From: Octopus vulgaris
Lineage: Eukaryota
Assembly (NCBI GenBank): GCA_951406725.2
Contig: OX597823.1
Coordinates: forward strand, 46,314,001-46,378,000
DNA: 64,000 nt
Direction of reading: 5' to 3'
How positions within the stretch are numbered: position 1 is the first letter of the stretch; every line of letters begins with the position of its first letter. Both the position numbers and the translations under genes were made by a program. Of this stretch, positions 1-12,600 are shown one piece after another. A model generated the notes under the pieces. The model was given only the letters and a program-made list of their open reading frames with translations, was not told the DNA's origin and made no database searches.

Positions 1-301
1 GCAGTGGACTCATAGTTGAGTACCTGAAGAGAGAGAGAAGAGGGAGAGAGAGGGGGAGAGAGAGATAGAGGGAAGAAGATAATCATATTTCACACTGGTA
101 AAAATATAAAAAAGCAGAAGTTGAAAATCCACTGAGAGTCTTTTAGATTGTTTATTTTTGAAGACTTTACCGGTTTCACAAATTTTCTAAATCTCAAAAG
201 TCGTTTCAAAAGTTAACTTTTGAAAATCAGAAAAATCTGTGAAACCAGTTAAACCTTTAAGAATAAACTACCTCAAAGACTCTCAGTGCATTTTCCACTT
301 T

Positions 302-305
302 ATAT

Positions 306-394
<89 letters not shown>

Positions 395-399
395 TATAT
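302..399. repeat. (TA)n microsatellite, representative of dozens of (TA)n/(CA)n/(TATG)n/(AAT)n/(GATA)n tracts across the window
   Basis: Direct dinucleotide run; explains the [14 protein letters not shown] ORFs in the track. Confidence 0.98.
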
Positions 400-1127
400 C
401 AAAAGGATGTGTTATAAAACTATTCCACATAAACAAGAACAGCCATACCAGCAATCCAACATACCTCCATCATCAGTTGCTCCCCAGATAACATTATGGT
501 TTCGAAATTTGGGCAATACCATTCAATCCGGCAGTGTCAACAGCTCTAAAATAAGTGTTGTTTGGGAACATACATACCAAGGAAACTACAGCTTCCAAAC
601 ACATTTACCCTATGTACAACAGTATCGGTAAATAAATTCAATAAGTAAATCTATAAGTAACTCCTAAATATGTAACTAAACAGCGACAAAACTTTTAAGA
701 CATACAAAAATATTCCCTACAGGCTTCCATAGTATAATATAACAGTGAAAGCTTAATAACCACATTCATTCAATTTAAATATAGGCAGGATTAAACATTG
801 CCTTTAAAATCAAACTACAACAAAGAAACTCATAAATCTATGTACATCTGTATCGGTATTAATAGTAAACCTCCAATAACTAAATTATATACTAAATAGC
901 GACTAATCTTTAAGTCCATACAAATAATAATCCCACCAGTCTTCCATAGTTACTACTATAATAAAGTAACGGCGAAAGCTTAATATTCAATTCTCTCCAA
1001 AACAAAACAAGATTGAATTTAATTTAATGAACAATATAACAGTTACGAATGAAATACATTATTTCATAATTCAAAAGCCCATAATAAAAACACTACATAC
1101 TCATTATTACATATATATATATATATG

Positions 1128-1612
1128 TATTGAGTGGGAGAGCAGTGCATGCCATCAAAGTGACACTGGGGTAAAATATACGAAGCCCAGTATGCCCTAC
1201 ATGACTATCCGTCTGACAAGGGTACACCAGGCACATGCATCACAACCATATGTGCACGACATGACGATCTCATATCAAGAAAAACAGCGCATGATCTTGC
1301 AGGTGGGGCCCAGTTAGAATTTTCTTCTGGTCGAGTAGCCCATCCCGCTCAAAAGGTCCCTGAATAAGGATTGTTTAAGGATGTTGAACGAAACAGCCAT
1401 GTTTCCAAAGGTGAATTATCCAAACCTCCAAGAATTCCTTTCAACACACGGCCATGATGCACCCCCACTACTTCTGCTCATGATCAGAGATGCACATATC
1501 GTCAGCCACTCAGGGACATGCTCAACTGGTCAAGCTCAAACAACTGACAAGCAAATCTGTGGTATTGAGCAGAATATTTGCTGTAGCCCATCTTTTATAC
1601 CATCTTTTATAC
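1128..1612 (-). mobile_element. ~480-bp interspersed repeat (family D), unclassified non-autonomous element next to (TA)n/(TAT)n
   Basis: Highly similar reverse-complement copy at ~15580-16062; both copies sit beside AAT/TAT runs. Confidence 0.85.
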
Positions 1613-1635
1613 TGTAGCCATTATATATATATATA

Positions 1636-1708
<73 letters not shown>

Positions 1709-1711
1709 CAC

Positions 1712-1866
1712 ATACGACGGACTTCTTCATTTTCCGTCTACCAACTCCACTCAAAAGGCTTTGATCGACTCGAGGCTATAGCAGAAGACACTTGCCAAAG
1801 TTGCCACACAGCGGGACTGAACCCAGAACCATGTGACTGGGAAGAAATCACCCACACCAGTGCCTG
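1712..1866 (-). mobile_element. SINE family B (tRNA head plus CORE-like segment), 5' part
   Basis: Reverse complement of the 50068 copy (ttccgtctaccaa..ccactcacaagg..gaagacacttgcc..gggactgaaccc). Confidence 0.8.
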
Positions 1867-3357
1867 TACGTCTATCAATTCAGATGAAAAGGCTAATGGC
1901 TTTGTTGTCATAGATAACAATTAAAATTAGGCCTGATGATAGTGGAAGTAATGATTAAATCAGAGTGAAGTTGAGTAAAATTTTGAAGACTGTATTTATT
2001 TTCTTATTTTGCTCCAAACGAGACTGCGTTCCTCAACGATAAAGACGGTGTCTGCGGAGAGGGTCAGTGTATTTCCTCTTTTGGGGGTTTCAGCCTCACT
2101 AATAAAATTAGCTCGATTATTGTATCGAGTCTGACTTAAGTCTAATTCAGAGTTAGTATGTTTACGCACCAATATATTCTTTACCATTTCAATTACAATC
2201 AACTTGGCGTTGAACTACAATGGTGCCGCTTTCATCAGAGAAGCTGAATCCTACAGTATGGTCAAAAAATGTGACCCTCGCAGTAAAATAAAAAAAGCAC
2301 ACAGCAAAATACTATAAATGCACATTAATAATATTTTCATTGACACAAGAAAACGAATATGCCCACCATCACTTCCAGACATCCACACACACCCATACCA
2401 TAAAAATAAACTTTATACATATTTATATAGTAGTAAATGTATGTATACGTATACGTGCAAGTATGTGCGTGTGTATGTGTGTGCGCGCGCACGGACGTGT
2501 GATGTGTATGTATTCGTATGTTTGCCGTAGTAGATAGGTTATATAGTGTAGAAGATAGACATAGATAACGATAATTAGATACGTGCATGGAGATGAATCG
2601 CTTCTCGACACGCAATCACGCAATCAAGAGATTCTAATCAGGTTTGAGAGCCAAGGAAAGCCCGATGCACTAAAATCCATCACTAGGCAGATATATGACC
2701 ATATCCTTTCTCACCTTTCATACTAAGGCAGCATTTCTCCAACACCACTGAATTTCAATGAGCAGAAGAGAGCCGTGGTTAGTCGTCGCTAACCAGGAGA
2801 GGGCGAACAGTTATTATTATCGCTGCTTTCTTTTCATTAATGCATATATTTTATGTCTGCGTAAGAGAGTTTTGAATGGACATACTTTTGTGTATACGTT
2901 TGCATGTATGCGAGCATTTAATATGTAAGCGCAGGTTCCTGTTTGTGAATAATGTATGTGGCTGTATTATCAATGTGTGCGCCATTATTTTTTTTATGAC
3001 TACGTGTGTTTGTGTGTCTCTGAAAAAGTACCTGAATTCCTATCTACAAGTTCGTGGATTGCTGCTGTTTTTTTGTTTGTTTTGTTTTTCGCTTGTTTAT
3101 TCATCTTTTTTTGTGTGTATGTCTCAATACACCTATATCCATGTCAAATCCGTATAACTCTGCAGGCGTAAATGTCGACATAGTACGGATAAAAAAAAAA
3201 GTATTTCCGTTATTTAGTATTTACGTGTGTGAGTATTGCATATATACATACATAAAAACATATATGTGTATGTGTTTGAGAGAGAGAGAGAGAGTTTCTG
3301 TGTTTGTATACATCCATTATATATACATATGTTTACATATATACGTATGTGTATAGT

Positions 3358-3394
<37 letters not shown>

Positions 3395-4180
3395 GCGCAC
3401 GCATACACACACACATACACACACACACACACGTACACACACACATATATATATATATAGATACGCACATATTCACTTAACTTACATAGAGGAAGCATTC
3501 GAATCAGACATCCGACCTGTCTTTCACCTTTTCCCTGCATATATTCAATTGTCGATGTTTATTTAGGCTGAGAGAGGGTATCAGCTGCCTCAGTCTGCCC
3601 AATCATGACTAACCTATAGAGAACAAATATATGAACATATAAACAGGTGGACAGAGCATCACAAAAATAGTCATGTAATTGCATATTTAGCATTCAAACG
3701 TATAGACATAGAGAAAGCTATATTGGTGAGTGTAAAATTGACAATGCGTAAGAGTACAAGTGAGTGGGTGTATTTTTGTGTGTGTGTGCTTGCGTGCGTG
3801 CGTGTGTGAGTGCGTCTGTGTGTGTGTGTGCGTGCGCATGCGCTTGCTTGGTTTGCAAAGTAACTGTTATTTCAAGTACATTGTTGTATGATATTCTCAT
3901 TTATGAACCTAAGTTCACCTTTATATTTCCGAATATCGAGACAAATATGCTTAACAATGTTTATTAGTAGAAGTAACATTTCGGAATTATTAAACTCTCC
4001 TATGAATATTCGCATTATATTTCAGTGTAATTTACAATATGTTCAACCGTTTAACCAATATCTAGTTCTAGCATTCAATTCTTTCTTTATTATTGCACTC
4101 TGATATCAATAAAATTATTTTTCAAATGCTGTATCAAATGCTGTATATTTACAAGGACCGGAGATTCGTATGAAGACATT

Positions 4181-4421
4181 GGCGGCGAGCTGGCAGAAAC
4201 GTTAGCACGCCGGGCGAAATGCGTAGCCGTATTTCGTCTGCCGTTACGTTCTGAGTTCAAATTCCGCAGAGGTCGACTTAGTCTTTCATCCTTTCGAGGT
4301 CGATAAATTAAGTACCTATTTCTTTATTACCCACAAGGGGCTAAACATAGAGGGGACAAACATGGACAGACATAGGTATTAAGTCGATTATATCGACCCC
4401 AGTGCGTAACTGGTACTTAAT
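4181..4421. mobile_element. SINE family A chimera: 5' half on plus (4181-4316) joined to an inverted 3' half (4316-4421)
   Basis: ggcggcgagctggcagaaacgttagcacgccgggcgaaatgc head, then tatttctttattacccacaagggg..cgaccccagtgcgtaactggtac, which is the reverse complement of the family-A tail. Confidence 0.85.
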
Positions 4422-4728
4422 TATCATGATTTCTAACAACTATTTACCCATTTTTATGTAAATATTCTTACAGAATCTCTTTTCCCGGAATTATTTCAGC
4501 AATTTTAAAGCATTTTCGGCAGAAGAATGGCACTGCTGATGATCTTCGTAAGGGGTATCCTGAAGCGGTAAAGGTAGGAGAAAAAAAATCACAATTAATG
4601 GTCTGTTATATAGTGTGGTAGAATTGTGTTCATTTATCGGTAATCAATAAAGTTCACGACTTCAATTAAGCGATGCTTCAATGAGGAATGCACTTCCGTT
4701 TAGGACCGGAGATTCGCATGAAGACATT

Positions 4729-4958
4729 GGCGGCCAGCTGGCAGAAACGTTAGCACGCCGGGCGAAATGCGTAGCCGTATTTCGTCTGCCGTTACGTTCT
4801 GAGTTCAAATTCCGCAGAGGTCGACTTTGTCTTTCATCCTTTCGAGGTCGATAAATTAAGTACCAGTTACGCACTGGGGTCGATGTAATCGACTTAATCC
4901 GTTTGTCTGCCCTTGTTTGTCCCCTCTATGTTTAGCCCCTTGTGGGTAATAAAGAAAT
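4729..4958 (+). mobile_element. Full-length tRNA-derived SINE family A with TSD
   Basis: A-box-like TGGCAGAAACG and B-box GAGTTCAAATTC; central tttcatcctttcg.ggtcgataaa..agtaccag domain (resembles the Meta/MESC SINE domain, from memory); flanking atgaagaca(t/a)tggcggc duplication at 4718-4734 and 4959-4975. Confidence 0.92.
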
Positions 4959-5543
4959 ATGAAGACAATGGCGGCTTTTGCCGCTGCCGGTATAAATGTC
5001 TCTGATATGGATGCTGCTGCTGCCATAAATCGACTGGCTGTTACTCCGAGTATGTTAAGACCAAAAACAAAAACGGAGTTATGATATCCTCAGAAGCATC
5101 AGCACAAAAAATCAGCTTAGATTCCAAGAATGCGAAAGTTTTTCATGTTTTTCATCGTCGAAGAGCAGCAATTCCAACGAATTACCTTGCAACGATTATG
5201 AAGATATGGGAAACTTGCACGGGGAACGAAACATCAACAGGCAAAAAAAAAAGCACAAAGGACAACAAGCATACTGGAAATCCTTCACAGGATGGCGTCT
5301 GGCAGATCACTGTTCACGAACTTCATGATTATTAGAAATATTAAAAAGAGTGGAAAGTTTCAAAAGCCGAAACGTGCTGTTTTGTTCTCTAAGTGAGAAT
5401 GTCTTTACCATTTGTTGGTGGATGCACTTGCTTACTGAAGTTTTACCCCATTAAACTATGTTGTATTTCTCTCTGGTGGGCACATTACTATACAAGATTT
5501 TTTAACCCTTCTGCTTAGCGTATATTGTATTATATGGTCAGAA

Positions 5544-5753
<210 letters not shown>

Positions 5754-7823
5754 TCATTATAACGTTTTTTGTTTGCTTTAATTTGAACGAGCTGCGCCTC
5801 AATCTCAACTAGAAACCTCAAGGGACATTTTAAAACTGATGTCTGTTTTTTTTTAAATAATAAAAATAAATTTTTATTAAATTTATTATAAAACAAAACG
5901 TATAAGGTTGTGTTTACATGGAAAAAATATGTAAAGTACCCATAACTATGATCTTATACTATCCCCTTATTTTAGAACAGCCAGGAATTTGGTGTGCATA
6001 TTTGTTTGCTTATTTTGTTATCATTCCAAATGTCCAAATAACATTAGGTAATATTGTTGATGGCATTTACATAACAAGTACCAGTAAAGTTCTAAGATTC
6101 GTTCCTGCTCCTGTACAACTTCGAAGTCTTGTACCAAAATTAAATATCTTTCTTTTATTTCTGTTCTTTTTGCTTAACACAAGTAAATAGTATATTGTTT
6201 CGTGTTCATTTTTTTTCTTTTATATAATGTTTAAGTTTTCCTTCAACTACGTTTCTTCTTAGTTGTATAGATTTAATAATTATTTCTCTGTGATCGTTAT
6301 CATATTTGAAGTTCGATGTTAAATGAGGGGTGTTGCACATCATACGCATATACACGTATAAATACATTAACCGTATATTAAAAAAAGATAATCAAAGATA
6401 TAATATGGAAGAAATCAGAAAATAATTCAAGTAAATTATTGAACGGAAAGCATTATTCAATTTATTTCCTATTCTTTATTTGCAATAGCAGATTCCATAC
6501 CTAAATTACTTGTGATTTAAATACATTTCTCTATAGATATGATGCACTTCTTATTACGTTTCTAAAATAATCCAGTATACTCTCTACTAAGTTATTCTCG
6601 AAAAGGAGGTTTATTCAGATAAGAAGTCATTAACTGTTTTTGCCATCCGCACAATGCACTGTCATTGTAAGTTGTTTTTATGCATTTTTTATCTGTTTGT
6701 TTGTTTGTTATTGAAGATTTATTCATGTTTATATTCAGACAATAAATCCTTAGTAATAGCAAAGAAATATTGAACATTACCACGCGATACTAGCTTCTAA
6801 GTTAGAATAAATCTAAAATAAAGCATTTCCCAGTTGTCTATTGTATCAGAAAAATAACTTAACGAATTCTAACTAGTTTAATGTTTTAACACCCAGTTTT
6901 CTTAATAATTGAGTGGTATTAGAGATATTATATGTACTTACAATTAATTACCAACAACGAATCAATATTTTTTTCCTGCCAACATAATAAAGCTAAACAT
7001 CTTGAAACAGAAAGTGGAATAACATTTCTGTTTCCTTTTTTTTATAATTAATAAGTTCAACCTCTCAAACTAACTAATTAAAATGTTGTTCATTGAATCC
7101 AGAATATTGCAACCATAATTAAGAAGTTTAAATGCATTTTTAGAAACTTATACAATTTTCTTAATAAAGCAATATAGATTCTGGAAGTGGGTAGCAAGAC
7201 AATTTCATTGTGTCGATTGTTTGATAGCTTTTAAATTTTCGTAATAGTCTGTCGGCTACCATGACGTTGTCATAACAAAGTCCCAGCTTTGCGATAAGAT
7301 AATAATTCCGTAAAAACGATACATAGTACAAAAAACAACTTTGAGTTAACCATTGTAAATAATAAAGTTTAAAACATTACAATGCCTAATGGTTGAGTTG
7401 ATATTTCAAAAGTGCATTAACACAAACACTAAAAACCTTTTATGTGAAGTGGCAAAATACAAAAGAATATTCAGATATCTTTATATAATTTTCAATAATT
7501 TAGAAATATAAATTATTTCTATTTCCTATCAGTTAATTGTATTTTTAAGGTTTTATTTTATCGGTTTTCTCTCTTTTAATTTTTAATAAAGTTTTACATA
7601 TTTAAATAAGTAATAATATGGGAAAAGAGAAAAAGAGACAACTACAAAAAATATATTTATGTAAATAAATGCTGAAATATATATTTATATACATACATTT
7701 TGAACAAAAGTCTTTCACAGAGAAGACACACACACACACACACACACGGACACAGACATGGACACACACACACACACACACACATACACATGGACACACA
7801 CATCTATACATATATGTGTATGT

Positions 7824-7866
<43 letters not shown>

Positions 7867-8126
7867 TATATGTACATGTACATGCATGTATATACTTGTG
7901 TGTGTGTCTATATTTATATGCTTATATATATATATATTTATGCATAATGTATATATGTGTGTATGTATACGTATGTGTATATATATATGTATATATGTAT
8001 ATATATATATATTTTACATATCTATCTAATAATATATATACATGCGTGTGTCTGTGTGTGTCTGTGTGTGTACGTATGTGTGTCAGTGTTCGTTTGTGTG
8101 TGTGTGTCTGTGTGTGTGTGTGTGTG

Positions 8127-8160
<34 letters not shown>

Positions 8161-8261
8161 AGTGTGTGTGTGTGTGTCTTAGGCTTTTATATGGGTAATA
8201 CTAACCATTATATATATTCGAAAATGCTGAGGAAGGTAAAATGGATGAGTTGTCAAATGAG

Positions 8262-8601
8262 TGCTGAGTTGTCAAACATTTAAACCAAATTTTCTCAAAA
8301 CAACTTGACCGACCGTCCCACAGGCCTCCCCCTTGAGAAACACTGATTTAACCTAAATTTAAGACACCAGCAAAAGAAGAAATAATGATTGATTTTTTTC
8401 TATTCTAAAGAAAAACGATTTTATTCACTTTATCGATCGCATTCTCACCTGGAATCGATTTTTGTAATTTTTTCAAGACTTACACGCACCCTAATACCCT
8501 CTGTATCTAAATATCAAATTTGAGCGCAATCGGATGGAGGATACCCGATATCCTAGAAGACACACACGCACACAGACAGAACGGATTTTATATAATAGAG
8601 A
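8262..8601 (-). mobile_element. Non-autonomous Helitron-like element, 3'-truncated
   Basis: Minus strand starts TCTCTATTATATAAAATCCG; homologous to 55021-55398, which keeps a 3' hairpin. Confidence 0.7.
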
Positions 8602-8859
8602 TATGTATGTAATACGAAATAAATATAAAATACATCAAGTAAAGGACATCACCAACGAGTGAACAATACGTAGACACACGAGCGATAAGTACAGAACAAA
8701 TTACCAATAAATAAACAATAAGAAAAGGACATCACGAACAAGAGAAATATACGTAAACACATAATAAGACGCAAGTATGGAACAAAATGCCACAAGAAGT
8801 CTAACCCCTCCTCAGTTGTTGACTGTTAATTACTCCCTATTTCGAATATAAATATATAT

Positions 8860-9114
8860 ATTTCGCTTTTGGATTTGGTTTGCAAGATTCTTTATATGAG
8901 TTCGTGTGTTGAAGCATATTCTGTTGTGTCTGGGGAGAGTCATTCTCTTTTAGTGCCTTATCATTTAACACACTCACCGGTAAAATTTCCACTTATTCCT
9001 TATTCTTATTTTCTAAAATTTTCGTTGCGTCTTGCAACCTTTTCAATAGTCAGACTAGTGAGTGTGTTAAATAATAAGGCACTAAAAGAGAATGACTCTC
9101 CCCAGACTCAACAG
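8860..9114 (-). mobile_element. Penelope-like element terminal remnant with ~57-bp inverted repeats (8921-8977 / 9058-9114)
   Basis: Inverted repeat visible directly; encloses an HHR-like motif; flanked by (TA)n. Confidence 0.6.
9013..9049 (-). ncRNA. Putative minimal hammerhead ribozyme with U3-A8 core variant
   Basis: Minus: CUA UUGAAAA G GUUGC AAGAC GCAAC GAAA AUUU UAG; stem I CUA/UAG, 5-bp stem II, palindromic AAUU stem III. Confidence 0.55.
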
Positions 9115-9169
9115 TATGTATATATATATATATATACTTTATCTAAAAGCAGCAGAAATGTAACAAAAG

Positions 9170-9207
9170 CTGTTACTCGGAGTTTCACGTTCTCGTTCGT
9201 CGGACAG
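9170..9207 (-). ncRNA. Putative minimal type I hammerhead ribozyme (copy 1 of tandem dimer)
   Basis: Minus: CUGU CCGACGA ACG AGAA CGU GAAA CUCCGAG UA/ACAG; all three stems pair; U4C core variant; GUA cleavage triplet. Confidence 0.72.
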
Positions 9208-9262
9208 TTTTGTTTTATATATATATATACTTTATCTAAAAGCAGCAGAAATGTAACAAAAG

Positions 9263-9300
9263 CTGTTACTCGGAGTTTCACGTTCTCGTTCGTCGGACAG
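9263..9300 (-). ncRNA. Putative minimal type I hammerhead ribozyme (copy 2 of tandem dimer)
   Basis: Identical to 9170-9207; 93-bp period. Confidence 0.72.
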
Positions 9301-9303
9301 TTT

Positions 9304-9354
<51 letters not shown>

Positions 9355-9948
9355 CTCAAGCAGTGAGTACAGTATCTTTATAAACAAAGCGAATTATGCT
9401 AATAAAATGGTAGTCGTATGAGAAAGAATAAATAATGTGAGTATTTAGTGGGACACGTATCTATGCCTCCTTTTTTGCTCAATACCAAGCAACGATAACT
9501 CACCACTTGCAGGAAAGTCCTCATTACATTAAATCATTTACTACGACACATCTTTGGCCTCCAGTGTGGTGTCGCATAGTTTTAATTGTTTTACGGGAAT
9601 GCTCTTTGTCGTAGAACAATTATTTCATAGCCGTTCCAATACACTATGAAATGAAACGTTAACAACACGCTGGCACTTGTCAGAAACATTGATTTTCATT
9701 TACAATTTGAAACGACTTGCAGAAATTATGTAACTGACCAGCATTTTTTTCATGGAAACATTTATATATGTCAATATATTGCGCTGTGTCCATGGAGGAT
9801 GTAAAGAAGTAATAATGATGAATCGATTATTAATGCTAAGCGTGCCAGAACAGTAAATTATCAAATATTATGTAGCATGTAATGATTTGGCAGTAAATGA
9901 GTCAATCATACAAACAGAGAAAACAAGTGTGGAGATACACACACACAC

Positions 9949-10505
9949 GCGGCGAGCTGGCAGAACCGTTAGCACGCCGGGCGAAATGCTTTGCATTATT
10001 TCGTCAGCCGCTACGTTCCGAGTTCAAATTCCGCCGAGGTCGACTTTGCCTTTCATCCTTTCGGGGTCGATTAAATAAGAACCAGTTACGCACTGGGGAT
10101 CGATGTAATCGACTTAATCCGTTTGTCTGTCCTTGTTAGTCCCTTTTATGTTTAGCCCCTTGTGGGTAATAAAGAAATAGGTATTTTGTTTGCCTTTCAT
10201 CCTTTCGGGGTCGATTAAATAAGTACCAGCTACGCACTGGGGTCGATATAATTGACTTAATCCGTTTGTCTGTCCTTGTTTATCCTCTCTGTGTTCGGCC
10301 CCTAGTGGGTAGTAAAGAAATAGGTATTTCGTCTGCCGTTACATTCTGAGTTCAAATTGCGCCGAGGTCGACTTTGCTTTTTATCCTCTCTGGGTCGATT
10401 AAATAAGTATCAGTTACGCACTGGGGTCGATATAATCGACTTAATCCGTTTGTCTGTCCTTGTTTGTCTCCTCTATGGTTAGCCCCTTGTGGGCAATAAA
10501 GAAAT
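9949..10505 (+). mobile_element. SINE family A multimer: one head plus three tandem bodies
   Basis: Tail ...aaagaaat recurs at ~10180, ~10320 and ~10505; internal junctions read aaagaaataggtattt. Confidence 0.9.
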
Positions 10506-10519
10506 GAGATACACACACA

Positions 10520-11150
10520 TTCTTTTATTCTTTTATTTGTTTCAATCATTTAATCCCAACCATACTGGAGCAGGGCTTTGAAGGATTTTAGTCGAACAAA
10601 TTGACCCCAAGACTTTTTAAAAACTTATTACTTATTCTATCAGTTACTTTTGCTGAACCGCTAGGTTACGGGGACGTAAATGCACCGACGCCAATTGTCA
10701 AGAGGTGATAGGAGTACAAATACAGAGACAAACGCATAGATATATACGTATAAATATGTACGACGGGCTTCTTTCAGTTTCCGCCAAAGGTGCCACGTAG
10801 TGGGACTGAACCCGGAACCATGTGGATGAAAAGAAAGCTTCTTGCTATACAGCCATGCCAGCGCCTATATATATTCTGTCCCTTCTTTCAGTTATTAGGC
10901 TGTAGGAGAGCTAGAGTACCTCCTTGGAAAATATTAGTCGAACGAATCGACCCCAGTACATTAATTTCAGCCTGCTACTTATTCTATCAGTCTCTTTTAA
11001 ACATACCAACACTGGTTGTCAGGTGGTGGTAGGGACAATCACATACAGAACGATGAGCTTTCAGTTTCCACTTACCAAATCCACTCACAAGGCTTTGATC
11101 CGCTATAATAGAAGATATCTACCCAAGGTACGACGCAGTGGGACTGAGCT
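10520..11150 (-). mobile_element. Two adjacent SINE family B copies (10520-10866 and degenerate 10890-11150)
   Basis: Reverse-complement similarity to 50068-50500. Confidence 0.8.
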
Positions 11151-11349
11151 CGATGATATATTGTGTATGCGTTCTTCAATGTGTGTACGTGGGCGTTATA
11201 TTGAAGCGAGCACTACTTTCAACTTAAAGATCTTTCTTCTTTTAGTTATTTATGTTTACTTTGGAACAATATAGTTACCAGCTCCGTTAACGGTTCAAAA
11301 CCTACTCGGCCTCCACCTCCGATATGTAATAACATTAATTTTTGAGGAG

Positions 11350-11668
11350 TGGTAAGTTGTTTACATGGACCTCAATATTTAACTGGTACTTATTTTGTCG
11401 ACCCCAAAGGGGATGAAAGGTAGAGTCGACCTCAGCAGAAATTGGACTCAGAACGTGAAGATGGACGAACTGTCGCTAAGATCTTGCCCGGCGTGCTAAC
11501 GATTCTGCCAGCTCACCGCCTTTGATGGTCCTTAATACTGGCTTCAAATTTTTGGACAAGACCAGTAAGCTATGGGCTGGGGGCGAGTCGTTTACATCGA
11601 TCCCAGTACTCAACTGGTACTTATTGTATTGATCCCGAAAGGATGAAAGACAAAGTCGACCTCGGCAA
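11350..11668 (-). mobile_element. Two degenerate SINE family A copies
   Basis: ggatgaaagg..agtcgacctc..ctcagaacg..cggcgtgctaacgattctgccagctc. Confidence 0.8.
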
Positions 11669-11903
11669 AATACATGGTCTTCAATATTGCAACCAACGGT
11701 TTCGGTGAACCAACACAGTGCAAATCTAACCAGTTGGAAGCGCTCACTAAGTTACACCTCTCGTATGTCACCTATGCTTCAAACCATGGACATCTACTAC
11801 GAGACTGAAAAGTAATCTGAGCGGCCATGGACGAAAAGTCAGAATGCTTTTGACAACAACGAAGCACAAAGAGAGATAATCTTGCGAAGATGGAGCAATC
11901 GTC

Positions 11904-11981
<78 letters not shown>

Positions 11982-12390
11982 AACACAGTTACACACGCAA
12001 TGTGTACGTAGGCGCTTATACTCTCACGCACACAGCTATAGAAATAATATCATCTAAAGAAATAATATCATCTAAAGAAATAATATCATCTAAAATCTAA
12101 GGCTTCCTAACGTTTTAAACAATTGGTGCGTACATGTAAATCTATATGCATTAATTCATGTGTGTTTCTGTGTTTGGCTACCTACACAAAAATATTGTAA
12201 TCCTCCATACACCTCCAAGTGCAGTTTTAAAAGCTTACTAGCTAGTTGTTTTAACACGATTTGTTACAGAAGCAAAAAGTTATGCTTTGGAGTTGTATTG
12301 ACTGCAGTACGAAAAATATGGAATTTAATGAAATACAAGCGCAGAAGAAAACCTACTGGAACAAGGATGCCACAACTGTATATGAATGAT

Positions 12391-12600
12391 GCGGTGAGTT
12401 GGCAGAAACGTTAGCACGCCAGGCGAAATGCTTAGTGGTATTTCGTCTGTCATAACATTCTGAGTTCAAGTTCCGCTGAAGTCGACTTTGCCTTTCATCC
12501 TTTCTATCGATAACTTAAGTACCAGTTTCGTACTGGAGTCGATCTAATCGACTAGCCTCCTCTCCTAAAATGTCGGGCCTTCTGCCCAGGGTAGAAAAGA
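12391..12600 (+). mobile_element. SINE family A, short-tail subfamily (..ggccttctgccc..gtagaaaag)
   Basis: Same head and central domain with an alternative tail; a more degenerate copy lies at ~12838-13050. Confidence 0.85.

Noticed and set aside
239-631. This and the many other ORFs rich in YI, HT, CV, MY or poly-I/L/T/V
   Set aside because: They are translations of di-, tri- and tetranucleotide microsatellites, open only because the repeats lack stop codons.
620-990. Degenerate ~230-bp tandem duplication
   Set aside because: Real but old and AT-rich, with no functional signal visible.
2085-2252. Similar peptides on opposite strands (NFISEAET / AFIREAES)
   Set aside because: Similarity is too short to distinguish from chance.
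11795-11845. CUGAAAA..GACGAAAAGUC as a hammerhead
   Set aside because: The C3/A8 mismatch is uncompensated and the stems are not convincing.
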